A stretch of 64,000 bases of DNA, taken from positions 124,001-188,000 of the forward strand of contig JANJGN010000121.1 in NCBI GenBank assembly GCA_026770705.1, written 5' to 3'. Position 1 is the stretch's first letter; each line of letters opens with the position of its first letter. Position numbers and translations under genes: made by a program. Source of the stretch: Isurus oxyrinchus. Taxonomy: Eukaryota. Positions 11,401 to 23,614 of the stretch are shown in pieces. Below the pieces are notes generated by a model. It was not told where the DNA came from. It saw only the letters and a program-made list of their open reading frames with translations, and did no database searches.

Positions 11401-11994
11401 GACAGCTTTACCTTCCTTCTCTCTTTCAGTTATCTTGCTCCCTTATTGAAGTATCTAGCATGGTGAGAATGGACAGGAAGTGTGACACTGAACAGCCTGT
11501 CTATTCTAGGAGCTGCTGTGTTGTCTTCATGGGAAATTTTGAATAAAGGCAGCAAAGGACACAAATTTCAGGCCATTGCTATCGGAGACCTTGCAGCAGG
11601 ATAGACTTCATCCCCCAGTTTTTATCTTTGCTTCTCTACTCAACCCATCACTCCCCATCGCTCACTGACCATCGTCCGATAGCACCTGAATTTTAAGATT
11701 CTGCTCTCGCTGCTACAAACCTGCCTATCCCTGTACACTCCTCCAGCCCCTACAACCCTCCAAGGCCTCTGCTCTCCTCCAATTCTGCTGTCAGACAGGG
11801 AGTCAGTGTATATCAGTGAGCACAGGGGTGATGGGTGAATGGGACTTGGTCTGAGTTTGTGCACTGGCTCACTGCTGAATCGATTCCCAATCACAGCTCA
11901 AAAAGAATGATCCTTTACAGAGACTATTAACATTAAATCTGATGATGATATTACCTTGGAGAAGTGACAGGAGGAAGTAAGATTTCCCGATCAT
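2360..11994 (-). CDS. Siglec/MAG/CD22-like receptor gene A (multi-exon span: SP, V-set, C2, Ig, TM, 3 cytoplasmic exons)
   Basis: Exons 11955-11994, 9357-9725, 8660-8956, ~5744-6009, 4398-4494, 3605-3689, 2990-3094 and 2360-2476 have compatible phases and GT-AG borders, except the Ig3 donor, which is deleted. Confidence 0.85.
2575..2855. repeat. 24-bp minisatellite (GGGGTTTGATTATTGATWCTGAAC), ~11-12 units
   Basis: Direct tandem units in the last intron of gene A. Confidence 0.95.
2990..3094 (-). CDS. Gene A cytoplasmic exon 2 (KRGEGK...GPVYENCERGWALRNQ)
   Basis: ttacag acceptor, CAG|GTGAGT donor, 105 nt phase 0-0, YEN motif; conserved in gene D. Confidence 0.7.
3605..3689 (-). CDS. Gene A putative cytoplasmic exon 1 (85-nt repeated cassette)
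   Basis: cacag acceptor, TGG|GTAAGT donor; open in phase 2-0 (GSSTGRGHSAQAERVGSSSPGEHSERSW), the phase needed between the TM and next exon. Confidence 0.6.
4398..4494 (-). CDS. Gene A transmembrane exon (RDSNEWKAGLLGAGICLSVGLSGFFIFKCVRK)
   Basis: ttacag acceptor, AA|GTAAGT donor, 97 nt phase 1-2, uncharged hydrophobic stretch. Confidence 0.9.
4790..5722 (+). mobile_element. Degenerate CR1/L2-type LINE RT fragment
   Basis: IPILNDGGAQH..., RLGTL..VTHLLTPQSLSTI.., APTTLKKLDTIQ motifs with stops; paralog at 59310-60245. Confidence 0.8.
5744..6009 (-). CDS. Gene A membrane-proximal Ig exon, splice donor deleted
   Basis: DAPQNLS...EGNSAVIICSVESFPASNLTW...DTGDYQCVAENEHG; ~34 bp including the GTGAGT donor present in gene D (60271-60297) is missing; read-through stops at 5672. 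Confidence 0.85.
6130..6627. repeat. 33-bp satellite (GAGGGTCAGTACTGAGGGAGTGCTGCACTGTCG), SINE-derived
   Basis: Tandem units; further arrays at 7530-8435, 15080-15370, 24140-24385, 28990-29345, 45800-46350, 52200-52390, 60690-61110 and 62120-63365. Confidence 0.92.
6628..7290 (-). mobile_element. CR1 LINE 3' end (RT C-terminus and 3'UTR)
   Basis: LYKALVRPHLEYC.QFW.PYLRKD...LGLYSLEFRRMRGDLIETYKI...TRGH; short tandem tail near 6630. Confidence 0.93.
7530..8435. repeat. 33-bp satellite array
   Basis: Tandem units giving TVQHSLSTDPP-type ORFs. Confidence 0.92.
8660..8956 (-). CDS. Gene A C2-set Ig exon (Siglec domain 2)
   Basis: 297 nt, phase 1-1; SCTFNTTCNGTAAPVLTW...SVLTLIPSLKHHGHTLSCRV; the extra Cys fits the V-C2 interdomain disulfide; G|GTAAGT donor. 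Confidence 0.93.
9357..9725 (-). CDS. Gene A Siglec-type V-set Ig exon
   Basis: 369 nt, phase 1-1; CVQIPCHY double Cys, GVWF, GDLKDGDCSL (E-strand Cys), DAGPYFFRIEF with the Arg equivalent to the sialic-acid-binding residue and no F-strand Cys. Confidence 0.95.
10488..10780. repeat. 28-bp minisatellite (CTCATTGTCTAAGGAATCTCTTTGGATC), ~10 units
   Basis: Direct tandem units in the SP-V intron of gene A. Confidence 0.92.
11955..11994 (-). CDS. Gene A signal-peptide exon (MIGKSYFLLSLLQ/V)
   Basis: ATG at 11994, hydrophobic core, CAAG|GTAA phase-1 donor; upstream pyrimidine tract and AG at 12037-12038. Confidence 0.85.
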
Positions 11995-12427
11995 TGTCCA
12001 CTCCCAGATATTCCATCCACTTCTCACTCTCAAACTCTGAAAGAGAAAGGAGTTAATGAGACCTCACCTCTTGTCCGACAGCTCTCGAGAGATCAGAACT
12101 GCTTTTAGACAATGTATTCACTGACTAATTTGATTCTCTGTGGGATGATAGGTGCTCTGCAGAGAGATACAAGGCTTTAAGAATGAAAAACAATGAAGGG
12201 CTTGCATTTCTATAGCACCTTTCACCAGCTCAGGGCATCCTATTTTCCTCATCCCTTGAGCTAGAAAGATGTTCTGCACAACAGACTTGAGCCTCACACC
12301 CAGATCTCAATAATCAGTAGAAATCTTTCAAAGGCATCAATCATTGGAATCTGTCTTTATAAAGTCACAACATCAACAAAGGACAGTGTTGGTGGTGGAA
12401 GTGAATTCCAATCGTTCCGTTACTTAC

Positions 12428-12512
12428 CCAGGACCTGTCCGACTGCTCGCCTGGTGAGGAACTGCCCACACGCTCTGCTTGGGCTGAATGACCTCTTCCT
12501 GTGCTCCTCCCA
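12428..12512 (-). other. Putative 5'UTR exon (85-nt cassette) upstream of gene A SP exon
   Basis: AG acceptor and GG|GTAAGT donor, no ATG; same cassette at 145-229, 3605-3689, 51824-51908, ~52472-52556 and 58181-58265. Confidence 0.55.
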
Positions 12513-13744
12513 CTGTGTATTTAATTAGAAAGGGTGAATGTGTCTCTGTGAGTCAAAATGTGAGTTGGTTTGTGTGAATTTGAGAAACCAACTCTTTGTC
12601 TTCCACCGTAAGCAAACTGGTAACCCCTTTGGTGTCAAGAATGTGGTTGAATTGCCTCTTCCTGTTCCTGTGTAACAGTTTCGAGGGGCTGAATGGGCCT
12701 CCTCCTGTTCCTGTGTAACAGGCTCGAGGGGGCTGAATGGCCGCTCCAGTTCCTGTGTAACAGGCTCGAGGGGCTGAATGGCCTCCTTCTGCTCTGTAAA
12801 CTTGTTGTGATTCTGTAACTGCCTCTGTTTTTAAATTCAGCTGAATCGTCAGCTCTTCAGTCTCTTCCTTGTATCTCTGGATTCAGTCCCAAGGGAGTGC
12901 TGCACTGTCAGTGGGTCAGTACTGGGGGAGTGCTGCACTGTCAAAGGGTCAGTACTGAGGAAGTGCTGCACTGTCAGAACTGCCATAGTTCGGATGATGT
13001 TTGAAATTAGCAACATGTCTCGTGTAAAATAAATCATCAGCTCTATATAAATAGATTGTCCTGTACGTTTCACTTTACTGCAAATTGTTCATGGTTTCAT
13101 TTCCTTGTTAACCAGGCTCATGTGATGACTATTTTTAAATAATGTTTGTTATTTGGAACAAGGGGCCATGCCTGAACAGATAACTGTCGGATCAAGCAGC
13201 TGGGATTTTTCTTGAACCTGGCTTCATTCAGATGTTTGCTGCTGGACATGAGATCATTAATGTGTGAATGTAGAATCGGAGTCACCTCAGTGAACAGCAG
13301 CATTGGTTGAACAGCCTGATCTGCAATAAGAACTGCTGAACACAATGTCCATTCAGAACAGCTCGGTCCCCGATCAGAGAAACAGCCTCAGACAGAACCA
13401 ACTGACGCTGGAATCCATACAATTCATCAACGTGTTGGGAGTTAGTTTGATGTCGGAGATGGAGTGTTACTGGGAAGGAGGGAACCCGTCAGGATGAACA
13501 GCTCGATGTACGACAAGGAAAGGATGAGCTAAGAGGGGTTGGTCACGGACCGACGGAGCGTGTGAAGACCCAACAAGCTAATGGCAGGTGAAGAGCTGGA
13601 AAGGTGTCTTTTCAACACAAAGTTTAGACATAGAACTTGATGTTTGATCGGGTATTTCAAACCAGAGAAACTCTTTACAGGGTGAATGGACCTTGTCAAT
13701 AATCCATCCAGCCAACCTCGCCTGGAGATTAGTCCAATATTAGA

Positions 13745-14010
13745 CACTAAACCGAGTCCCCCGTCTGCCCTCTCGGGTGGGTGTGAAAGATCCCACAGCC
13801 ACTATTTGGAGGAAGAGCAAGGGGGAATTCTCCCCGGTGTCCTGGCACCAATATTTATCCCTCAACCAACATCACCAAAAACAGGTGATCACATTGCTGT
13901 TTGTGGGAGCTTGCTGTGCGCTAATTGGCTGCTGCGTTTCCTACATTACAACAGTAACCACACTTCGAAAAAAGGGTGTACTCACTTGTAAAGTGTTCTG
14001 GGACATCCAG
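13745..14010 (+). mobile_element. DeuSINE (SacSINE1-like) core
   Basis: ccccgtctgccctctc...gaagagcaagggggaattctccccggtgtcctgg...attgctgtttgtgggagcttgctgtgcg...ttacaacagt matches the Deu-domain as recalled; inverted copy at ~30380-30645. Confidence 0.7.
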
Positions 14011-14062
14011 AGACCATGCTGTACAGAAGAGATTTGACAGGAGCAGCAAGTGTTTTACTTAC

Positions 14063-14385
14063 AGGAGAATGAGTCCCCAGGGTTGTAGAGTCAATCCTGT
14101 CAGATGAATGTCTAACTGGAGACACTTCAGGGAGCTGATCTAATTCTGGAAATGTTCAGTTTACCAGGATCGGAGGAGAGATGATCTTCCTCTCCTGACT
14201 GCATCGGACACGAGGTGAACTGGCTCTGGGAGGAGGGTCAGTGTTAACCCAGTTTTTCTGTGTTTGAGGGAGATGTGAAACTGGGGAAGTCACGTGGTTT
14301 TTTGGTGTGGTCACTCCATGTCTTTATTTGGTGCAGCACTCATTTAGTTCCTGTCGTTGTTTCAATGCTACAAAACCACAGTGCA
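14063..14385 (-). promoter_or_regulatory. Putative promoter and non-coding first exon of gene A
   Basis: GGGGAAGT (ETS) overlapping TCACGTGG (E-box) at 14283-14297, RUNX-like TGTGGT/AACCACA nearby, CCT|GTAAGT donor at 14062 facing gene A. Confidence 0.45.
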
Positions 14386-15809
14386 TTCTGGACTATTTCT
14401 GCCTGACCTGCTGTCAGATACACACAGTCTGACAGAGAGGCGGAAAAGTGGTCCCTAGCAACGTGTGAAACTGTGAACTCGACTCAGTCAGAATGCACAC
14501 ACATACACACACACACACAAACACACACACACACTCACACACATACACACATACACACATTTTCTCTTGTTCATTCTTTTAAACACACACACTCCCTCTC
14601 AAACACGCACACCCTCTCTCGCACACTCCCTCTCTCAAACACATACACCCTCTCTCTCAAACACACACACACACACTCTCATGCACACGCTCTCTCACAT
14701 ACACACTCTCTCTTTCACACACACACTATCTAACACACACAGATTCTCTCTCTGTCTTTCTCTCTCACACATAAGCTCTCTCTCTAACACAAACATTCCC
14801 TTTCTCTCACACACACTCTCTCTCTCACACAATTCAGCTACCTCTCTCTCTCATGCACACACACACTCTACCTCTCTTTTGCTCTCTCACACATTTTCTC
14901 TTTCTCTCTATCCTTCTCTCGCGCACACATACGCACTGTCACTCTCTCACACACACATTGTCTCTCTTTCTCACACACGCACTCACTCTCTCTCTCTCTC
15001 TCTCTCTCCAAGACAGCAGGTTGGGGTTTTCAAACCATCTCAAGGTTACAGCTCAAAACCAGATGGACTCTCCCCAGTGAGGGAGTGCTGAGGGAGTGCT
15101 GCACTGTTGGAGGGTCAATATTGAGGGAGTGCTGCACTGTCAGAGGGTCAGTACTGAGGGAGTGCTGCACTGTCAGGAGGTCAGTACTGAGGGAGTGCTG
15201 CACTGTCAGGAGGTCAGTACTGAGGGAGACCCTGCTCGATCAAAGGGTCAGTACTGAGGCAGTGCTGAACTGTCGGAGGGTCAGTACTGAGGGAGTGCTG
15301 CACTGTCGGAGGGTCAGTGCTGAGGGAGTGCTGCACTGTCGGAGAGTGAGCGCTGAGGGAAAGCTGCTCTGTCAGACCTGCCATATTTCAGATGATGTTT
15401 GAAATTAACAACATGCCTCATGTATAATTATATATCATCAGCTCAAAATAAATAGATTATTCCTGTACGTTTCACTTTACTGTAAATTGTTGGCAGTTTC
15501 ATTTCCTTAGAAACCAGGCTTGTGTGATCACTATTTTTAAATAACATTAATAATTAAGATGCAACAATACACACGCACACAGATACACACACAGACTCAC
15601 ACACACACACACACACACAAACACCCTCACACACAGACACAGACACACAGACACACACAGACACATAAACACACACACGTTCACACAGACACATAGACTC
15701 ACTCAGACACACACACACACTCACGTATGTTCACACTGACACACGCTCGCGCAGGCAGACACACTCATGCTCACACAGACAGGCAGAGAGACAGCCACAC
15801 ACACACACA

Positions 15810-16620
15810 CATGTCAGAAATAAAAAGTTAGAGTCCAATAAAAATTTAAATGAATATATGATTGATAGCTTTGCTTGTCTTCGCGGTGTAGATTGTTGAA
15901 GTTTGCAAAGTTGATTGGTTTCCTGTGGCATCCTTGTGGTGATTTGATTCAGATTTGGACTTGTTGAAGATGCTCTGTTAGCTTCAGAAAGAGAGAGAGA
16001 GAGAGAGAGAGAATTTCTGCTCTTTTCCAGCAGTGTTTTTGAGTGACTGCCATCTTTCCTTTTCCTCCTACTTTCTCTTATATCTGCTTGACAGAACCTG
16101 TTGTTAAACTCCTGTCTGTATATTCCCAAAGGGAATTCGATCAGCATGTCTTGCATTCATTGTTATAGGCCAAGTAATCCCATTTTTTGATCTTTGCATC
16201 TCTGAAACATTTGATGCATTTCAAGATATAAATCAACAGGAGATGGAGACATTTCATCCTCCACAAGGGGTTTTGAATGATTGATGAATATCTGCATGGT
16301 GAGCAGTTCCCATTACCTTGATAGACCTACAGTGATCAGAGTCCAGCGCTTTGCATTTTTAAGAGAGCCCCTGTTTCAAGTGGACCCTGACACATCTCAG
16401 TGAGAACCTTCATGCAACATGTCTGTAGTGCAATTCATTTGAAGCTTTCCAGAGAAGTGATCAAGTTTGCAGTATCAGCAATCAGGTGACTCGTGACAGC
16501 CATTTTTGATCAGAGCCTAATCTGGTACTTTTGAAAAACAGGTCTCCTTTAAACAGTTCAATACATTTTTGGCTTGTTGGTTAAGTTGAAGGAAGCTCTG
16601 TTATGACATAACAGATGGTA
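15810..16620. repeat. Dispersed repeat, possibly LTR-derived, duplicated at ~18530-19360
   Basis: Collinear similarity between the two segments. Confidence 0.65.
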
Positions 16621-18486
16621 AATGCTGAGCTGTTCAAATCCTGGAGGGAAACTTGAAACAACTGTCACAACTAATTTCCAATTTGTATGTTTTGAGATGT
16701 GGGCTTTGAATTCAGTAGTAATGAGGTTAAGAGGTTTAACAGGTAATTCTGTTCACCTCAACAGGTTCACCACTTGTCTGATACAGTCAGGAGAGGGAGA
16801 TCATCTCTCTTCCGATCCTGGTGAACTGAACATTTCCAGAATTAGATCAGCTCCCTGAAGTGTCTCCAGTTAGTCATTCATCTGACAGGATTGACTCTAC
16901 AACCCTGGGGACTCATTCTCCTGTAAGTAAAACACTTGCTGCTCCTGTCAAATCTCTTCTGTATAGCATGGTCTCTGGATGTCCCAGAACACTTTACAAT
17001 AGAGTTCACCCTTTTTTCAGTGTAAGAGGATTTTATAAAACTAAATTAAACATTGATTAACAAGAAAAAATTATTTTTAAGCATACACATCTGTCTATAA
17101 ATTACTACTATAATAACTTCTAAATCCCTTAATTAATTTAACTTCCATTTACACACGTCAGAATTAAAAAGTTAGAGTCCGACAAAAATTTGAAAGAATA
17201 TATGATTAATACCTTTGCTTGTCTTTGAGGCGTAGATTGCTGAAGTTTGCAGCTGTTCAAAGTTAATTGGTTACCTGTGGCATCCTGGTGGTTATTTGAT
17301 TCAGATTTGCATTTTGTTGAAGACGCTCTGTTATCTCTGTTAAGGCAACAGTAAAAGACAGAGATTTTAAATGTCCCAGGAACAGTAAACGATACGCTGA
17401 ACAGTTGAGTTCAAAGTGAATTCTCTTAACTTCAGTCCCTGGAGGCAGCAGCTTGGTACATGCAGGCTGAAGGCTTTTCATCATTGTAAGATCTTAAAAA
17501 CACCGACCCTTACACACAGTCTTCACTCCTTGATACATATTTTCCCCTTTGAATGCAAATTCCCATTGTTTCACTATGTCTTTGGACTTTATCTTTGTAA
17601 TAATACAAATCTCTCATAGCCCTAAGTTTTACCAGTAATCTTTGGCAAAAATAAACACACTGTTTCTTATCTTCACCTGGCTCGGTGACACATTTCTCTC
17701 CTTCTTTGAAAACAATCTCGTTTGGTTTAACTTAAAATGCAAATTGCCCCCTTTACACTTCACATTCTAAAACTTCCCCATGTTTACCTAATAAACAGTT
17801 CAAACCTAACTTCTCTTCTTCCATCAAAACACCCAGACCAGCTTCCTCTAATTCCAATAAGTCTCACACAAACACATCACAGACACATGTGGACACAGAC
17901 ACATGGACTCTATTTTACAATAAATTCCAATAACATTATGGAGATTATTATATATTCCTGACATGCTGTCACTCAGTCGCAGTTTCCTGTCAGTGGGACA
18001 TTATCTTTGTTTGTGTGTGTTTGTGTGTGGGTAAGTGGATGTGGGTGTGTGTGAATGTGTGTGTGTGAGAGTGTGTGTGTGAGAGTGTGTGTGTGTGTGT
18101 GAATGTTGTTACAACTGGGTGACGGGCAGTGAACTGGCTCCCTTTCTATTCAACCCCCATGGTTGGTTGCAAAAAGGGTTTAAAATATAGTTTCCCCCAA
18201 ATGCAATTTCCATAACAAGTCATACACACGCTCACACACAGGCACACATACACACGCTCACACACAGGCACACATACACACGCTCACACACAGGCACACA
18301 TACACACGCTCACACACAGGCACACATACACACACTCACACACAGGCCCACACACACAGACACACAGGTGCACACGCATACACACACAAACGCACACAAA
18401 CACAGACAAGCACAGACACACACCACACTGACACCCACACACAGACAGGCACAGACACACACACACGCTCACACAGGAAGGTACAC

Positions 18487-18517
<31 letters not shown>

Positions 18518-19457
18518 GATATCAGAGGTAAAATAATTATGGAGCCCAATTAAAAAAAAAATCAAAGAGTTATTATACTGCAGCATAGTTTGTGAAGTTT
18601 GAAGCTGTTTTAAAGTAGTTGGTTTGCTGTAGAATCCTGTATTTCATCTGGCTCAGACTTGCACATGATTGAAGACACTCTGTTAGCTTCAGACAGACAG
18701 AGAGAAAGAAGGTGCGAGAGAGAGAGAGAGACAGGGAGAGAGGGAGAAATCATTTCTGTTCTTTTCTAGCAGGGTTTTTAGATGACTGCCACATTTCTTT
18801 TTCCTCCTCCTTTCTCTTATATCTGCTTGGCAGAACCATTTGTTAAACTCCTGTCTGTATATTCCTGAAGGGAATTCAATCAGCATGTTTTGCATTCATT
18901 GTTAAAGGCCAAGTATTCACGTTTTTTATCTTTGCATCTCCAAAACATTTGATGCATTTCAAGATATAAATCAACAGGAGATGGGGGTATTGCATCCTCC
19001 ACAGGGGGTTTTGAATGGCTGATGATTATCCGCTTGGTGAGCAGTTCCCACTGTTTTGATAGAACTACAGCTGCTCAAAGTCCAGCACTTTGCATTTCAA
19101 TGCTTTCCTTTTAAGAGTGTCCCTGTTTGCAGTGAACCCTGACACACCCCAGGCGTGACCTTCCTGCAACAGGTCTGCAGTGCAATTCATTTGAACTTTT
19201 CCAGAGAAGTGATCAACTTCACAGTATCAGCTATCAGATGACTTGTGTCAGCCATTTTTGATCTGTGTACAATCTTGTATTTCTTTGCAAAACAGGTCAC
19301 TTTTAGACAGTTCAATACATCTTTGGTCAGTTAGTTAAGTTGTAGGAAGCTCTAAATCACAGTTTGCTGTCAGGATATTGTCTTTGGGTGTGTGTTTGGG
19401 TGTGTGTAAGTGAGTGTCTGTGTGTGTGTGAGAATGTGAGTGTGTTTGTGTCTGTCT

Positions 19458-19608
19458 NNNNNNNNNNNNNNNNNNNNNNNNNNNNNNNNNNNNNNNNNNN
19501 NNNNNNNNNNNNNNNNNNNNNNNNNNNNNNNNNNNNNNNNNNNNNNNNNNNNNNNNNNNNNNNNNNNNNNNNNNNNNNNNNNNNNNNNNNNNNNNNNNNN
19601 NNNNNNNN
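19458..19608. other. Assembly gap (N run) within a TG microsatellite
   Basis: Run of N. Confidence 1.
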
Positions 19609-21109
19609 TGTGTCTGTCTGTAAGTGTGTGAGCGTGTGTATGTGTGTTTGTGTATGTGTGTGAGCATGTGTATGTCTGTTTGTGTATGTGTGTGTGCGTG
19701 TCTGTGTGTGTGTGTGAGTGAGTGTGTGTGTCTCTGTATGTGAGTATGTGTGTATGGGTATGTCTGTGTATGTGTCTGTGTGTGTGTGTCTGTGTGTGTT
19801 TTTGTGAGAGAGAGAGAGCAAGCGCTTCACAGAGTGAAACCTCCCTGAGTGTGGCCGCTGTGTTTAACATTTAAGCCACACAGACAGGATGTGGTTAAAA
19901 GGTGAAACCACAAGGAGTGAGTGTGTATTCCAGTGACTGTCTCTCTGTGGGTTTCCTGTTGGTTTCTGTGAACTGCCTGTGGTTTTAAAAAGAATCTTCC
20001 AACCCCACATGCACGGCATCAAATAAGAATTTGGAAGCTGCTGCTCAGAGAGTAACTAGTCCCCCGAGAATTCACAGCCCCTCAAACACAGATTAACAGC
20101 ATTAATCCTGACCGTCAGCCCACTCACTCATTGCCTCTTGTCTCAGACACTAGAAAGTGGAAGTTAAGGCCGGATTTTCACTCCCGGGTCGGGGGACACA
20201 GAGACGGCAGGAAAAAATAACAAAATATGTCTCGAGCACACAGAGCTCCAAGGGAAGGGTCGTGCTGCAGCTAAGGTGTGAGACATGGCACATTCCCCGG
20301 ATGCAGCATTGAGGCTTGTATGTCTACACAGCTGATGTAGGTGCACATGGAACACATGTGAATGAGCACTGTGATGCACACACACCCTGGAGAGTAATAT
20401 CCCTCCATGCACTACATATCAGGCTAACATCAACTCATGTTGTCATTGCTGACTCACAGGGTTGAAGCAGGTCACAGAGACGGCTCATCTTAAACCCCTC
20501 GATTAGATCACCCCTTAATCTTTGAGACTCGAGGGAACACAAGCCTGGTCTGTGCAACCTGTCCTCGGGATTTAACCCTTTCAGCTCCGGGATCATCCTG
20601 GTGACACTGCACAGCAACCCTCCAAGGACAATATATCCTTCCTAAGCCCCTGGACTCAGAACTGAACCCAGTGACACCAGATTGGATGTGAGGGGACCTT
20701 AATAAAACTGTGCCAGACACTTCAAAAATCTCTTCAATTCAACCTTGTAAACGCAGTAGGAAAAATCCCACAGGGCCATTGTATCTTAGCAACATCGTAA
20801 ACTTGGCCAAAAGAATCCCCCTGGTCACTCCTGAGTGTTACTTATATTGTAAACACAACGTTTCCAGCTCCTCCAGTCTCTGAGAAGCAAAACTAGGACA
20901 CTAGAGCACCACCACTGGTAGGAGGCTGTAATTACAGTGTGACATGTTTACATGGGAATGTTCCATTACCAATGACACAGGAATTTAAATAATCAGAAGG
21001 GCATGTGACAACAGGAAGTGGTGCCTTGGAGAATGGAATTATTCACTAGAGTACGTATTTAATTTGATAAAAATGTACAGAAATGTCAGGGCATTTTAAT
21101 TGCTTCTTT

Positions 21110-23175
21110 TTTGTATTCATTCACTGACACTGGCTAGGCCAGAATTTATTGCCCATCCCTAATTGTCCTTGAGAATATGGGGGTGAGCTGCCTTCCTGAG
21201 CTGCTGCAGTCCCTGTGGTGTATGTACACCCACAGAACTGTTTGGGAGGGAGTTGCAGGATTCTGACCCAGCGACAGTGAAGGAACGGTGATATATTTCC
21301 AAGTCAGGATGGTGAGTGACTTGGAGGGGAACTTCCAGGTGGTGGTGTTCCCATGTGTCTGCTGCCCTTGTCCTTCGAGATGGTAGTGATCCTGTGTTTG
21401 GAAGGTGCTGTCTAAGGAGGCTTGGTGACTCACTGCGTTGCATCTTGTAGATGGTACACACACTGCTGCCACTGTGCGTCAGTTGTAGAGGGAGAGAATG
21501 TTTGTGGACGGGGCGCAAATCAAGCGGGGCTGCTTTGTCCTGGACGGTGTCGAGCTTCTTGAGTGTTGTTGGAGCTGCACTCATCTAGGAAAGTGGAGAG
21601 TATTCCATCACTTCTGACCTGTGCCTTGAGGTTGGTGGACAGGCTTTGGGGAGTCAGGAGGTGAGTTACTCACCACAGGATTCCCAGGCTCTGGCCTGCT
21701 CTTATAGTCACAGTGTTTATATGGCTAGTCCAGTTCAGTTTCTAGTCATTGGTAACCCCCAGCGTGTTGATAGTGTGGGATTCAGCAATGGTGATGCTAT
21801 TGGACATTAAGGGAGATGGATATATTCCCTCTGGTTGGAGATGGTCATTGCCTGGCACTTGTGTGGCATGAATGTTACTTGCTACTTGTCAGGCCAAGCC
21901 TGGATATTGTCAAGGTCTTGCTGCATTTGGACATGGACTGCTTCAGCATCTGATGAGTCATGAATGATGTTGAACGTTGTGCAATCATCAGCGACCATCC
22001 ATAATTCTGACCATCTGATAGAATGAATGTCATTGATGAAGCAGCTGAAGATGGTTGGGCCTAGGACACTACACTGAGCAACTCCTGCAGTGATGTCCTG
22101 GAACTGAGATGACTGACCTCCAACAACCACAACCACCTTCCTTTGTACTTGGTATGAATCCAACGAGTGGAGAGTTTTCCCTGTGACATGACATGGCAGA
22201 TGATGTGTGCTTGGTGCTCCAAATCCACAAGGGAAAATTGGTCATGCTATCACAATAGTTTTGCAATTTGTATTTATTACAAGAAGCGTGCACTGAATTC
22301 AGGAGTAATGAGTTGACCACAACCTTTAGAGATTTTAAAAATTCAATTAAGATATTTATTAACAAAATAAAAGATTTCAAGCACAGACATAATACCACGG
22401 TTAGTTACAGCTAAAATATATTCTCAAATTCCTAATTAACCTGACTCCCAGTTACAGAGCCTGTTTAAGGCAACAGTCCAAAATAAGATTTTAGATTAAA
22501 AACAAATCCAGCGAGTTAACACAGCACACACTTGACACTGGAATTCTAAATGGATTTCTCCAACTTTATTTACTGAACATAACAGACTTATGCACAAATG
22601 CCTGGAGGCTTCTTCAAGCCTGTTTCACACACTCCTGTTAGATCTTACATGGCCCCCAACATAGCCTTTCATTCTCCTTTATACATGTTTCTCTCTCTTT
22701 GATGTGTAAATTCTTTGGAACTGTACCTTTCCCATAATATAAACTTTCATGTTGCCAATATTGTCAATGAAGTTTGGGTAAAATTAAAAAAAAACTCCTT
22801 AGCTTTGCTTATTGGGCTTGTCCTAAACAGACCAACATCCCTTTGAAATCTAAACAGCCCCTTCACACCTTACATGCTAAGGCAGCCTCCATGTGTTCTC
22901 AGTAGCATTTCAAGTACATTTCTACATCTAGCTTCTTTTGATAATCTCAAACTTGAAGTCTACCTGACTCCAGATGTAATTAAACCACACAGACAGACCC
23001 ATCTACACTCACACCCATAAACCTAGTTTACAACAAACCAGGAAAATATTAAGCAAATTATTATACTTTCGCACCACCCGATTCCCATTGACTCCAGTTT
23101 TACTCGGGCTCCTAAATGCCACACTCGGTCAAATGCAGACTTGATGTCAAGGGCAGTCACTCTCACCTCACCTTG
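21110..23175 (-). mobile_element. CR1/L2-type LINE fragment split by a solo-LTR-like insertion
   Basis: GVAQCSVLGPTIFSCFIND...ADD RT motifs; the LINE resumes at ~23077 (cccgattcccattgactcc). Confidence 0.85.
22182..23076. mobile_element. Solo-LTR-like element
   Basis: Starts TGTGACA, ends CA and splits the LINE; related sequence at ~17020-17963. Confidence 0.6.
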
Positions 23176-23365
23176 TATTAACAGATGTTAAATTATACAT
23201 AATTCATAAGCTTCTCACAATCTTTTACAGCATGGAAAAAGGTGCAGCATTCAGAAAGCTCAGTTAAAACCAATAAAAAAAAGTTCAGCAACATCATATT
23301 TGTGTTCATTACTATTTGGCCATGTTGGCTGCACACACCCCACAGCCCCGCTCCCTGTTTCACAC

Positions 23366-23614
23366 TCAGTTTTTCTGGAACCTGATCTGTGCGTATTCCG
23401 TGTCCTCGCTCCTGTGCACAGTCCTGTCACCGCCGGGCAGCTTTGAAAAGTTGATGTTGGCGTAGAAAAGCTCGTCGGGTTTGTCGGGGTTCCCATGTCC
23501 AACATCGCCTCCCACTGGACCTTCAGAGAGACCCCGGGGAGCTGGGGTCTCCCCCTCACTAGTTGTGTCTCTGGTTGTGTTCCGGGGCTCAGTAATCAGC
23601 ACGTTCTGTTTACC
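23366..23614 (-). CDS. Gene B terminal exon with ITIM (LFYANI) and ITSM (TEYAQI)
   Basis: ctgtag acceptor, phase 0, ...DELFYANINFSKL...EDTEYAQIRFQKN*, the typical Siglec tail layout. Confidence 0.92.
   Translation of the reverse strand, partial: GKQNVLITEPRNTTRDTTSEGETPAPRGLSEGPVGGDVGHGNPDKPDELFYANINFSKLPGGDRTVHRSEDTEYAQIRFQKN

Larger units (their letters stand above)
13336..15570 (+). repeat. Arm 1 of a ~2.2-kb inverted segmental duplication
   Basis: Highly similar reverse complement at ~28788-31052; the ORF track shows the same spurious ORFs on opposite strands. Confidence 0.92.

Noticed and set aside
2360-11994. Specific symbol such as MAG, CD22 or CD33
   Set aside because: Orthology cannot be determined without phylogeny; domain count and tails match none exactly
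14473-15091. His/Thr/Ser/Leu-rich ORFs (also 18284-19870, 27258-28915, 31173-31745)
   Set aside because: CA/CT microsatellite low-complexity DNA
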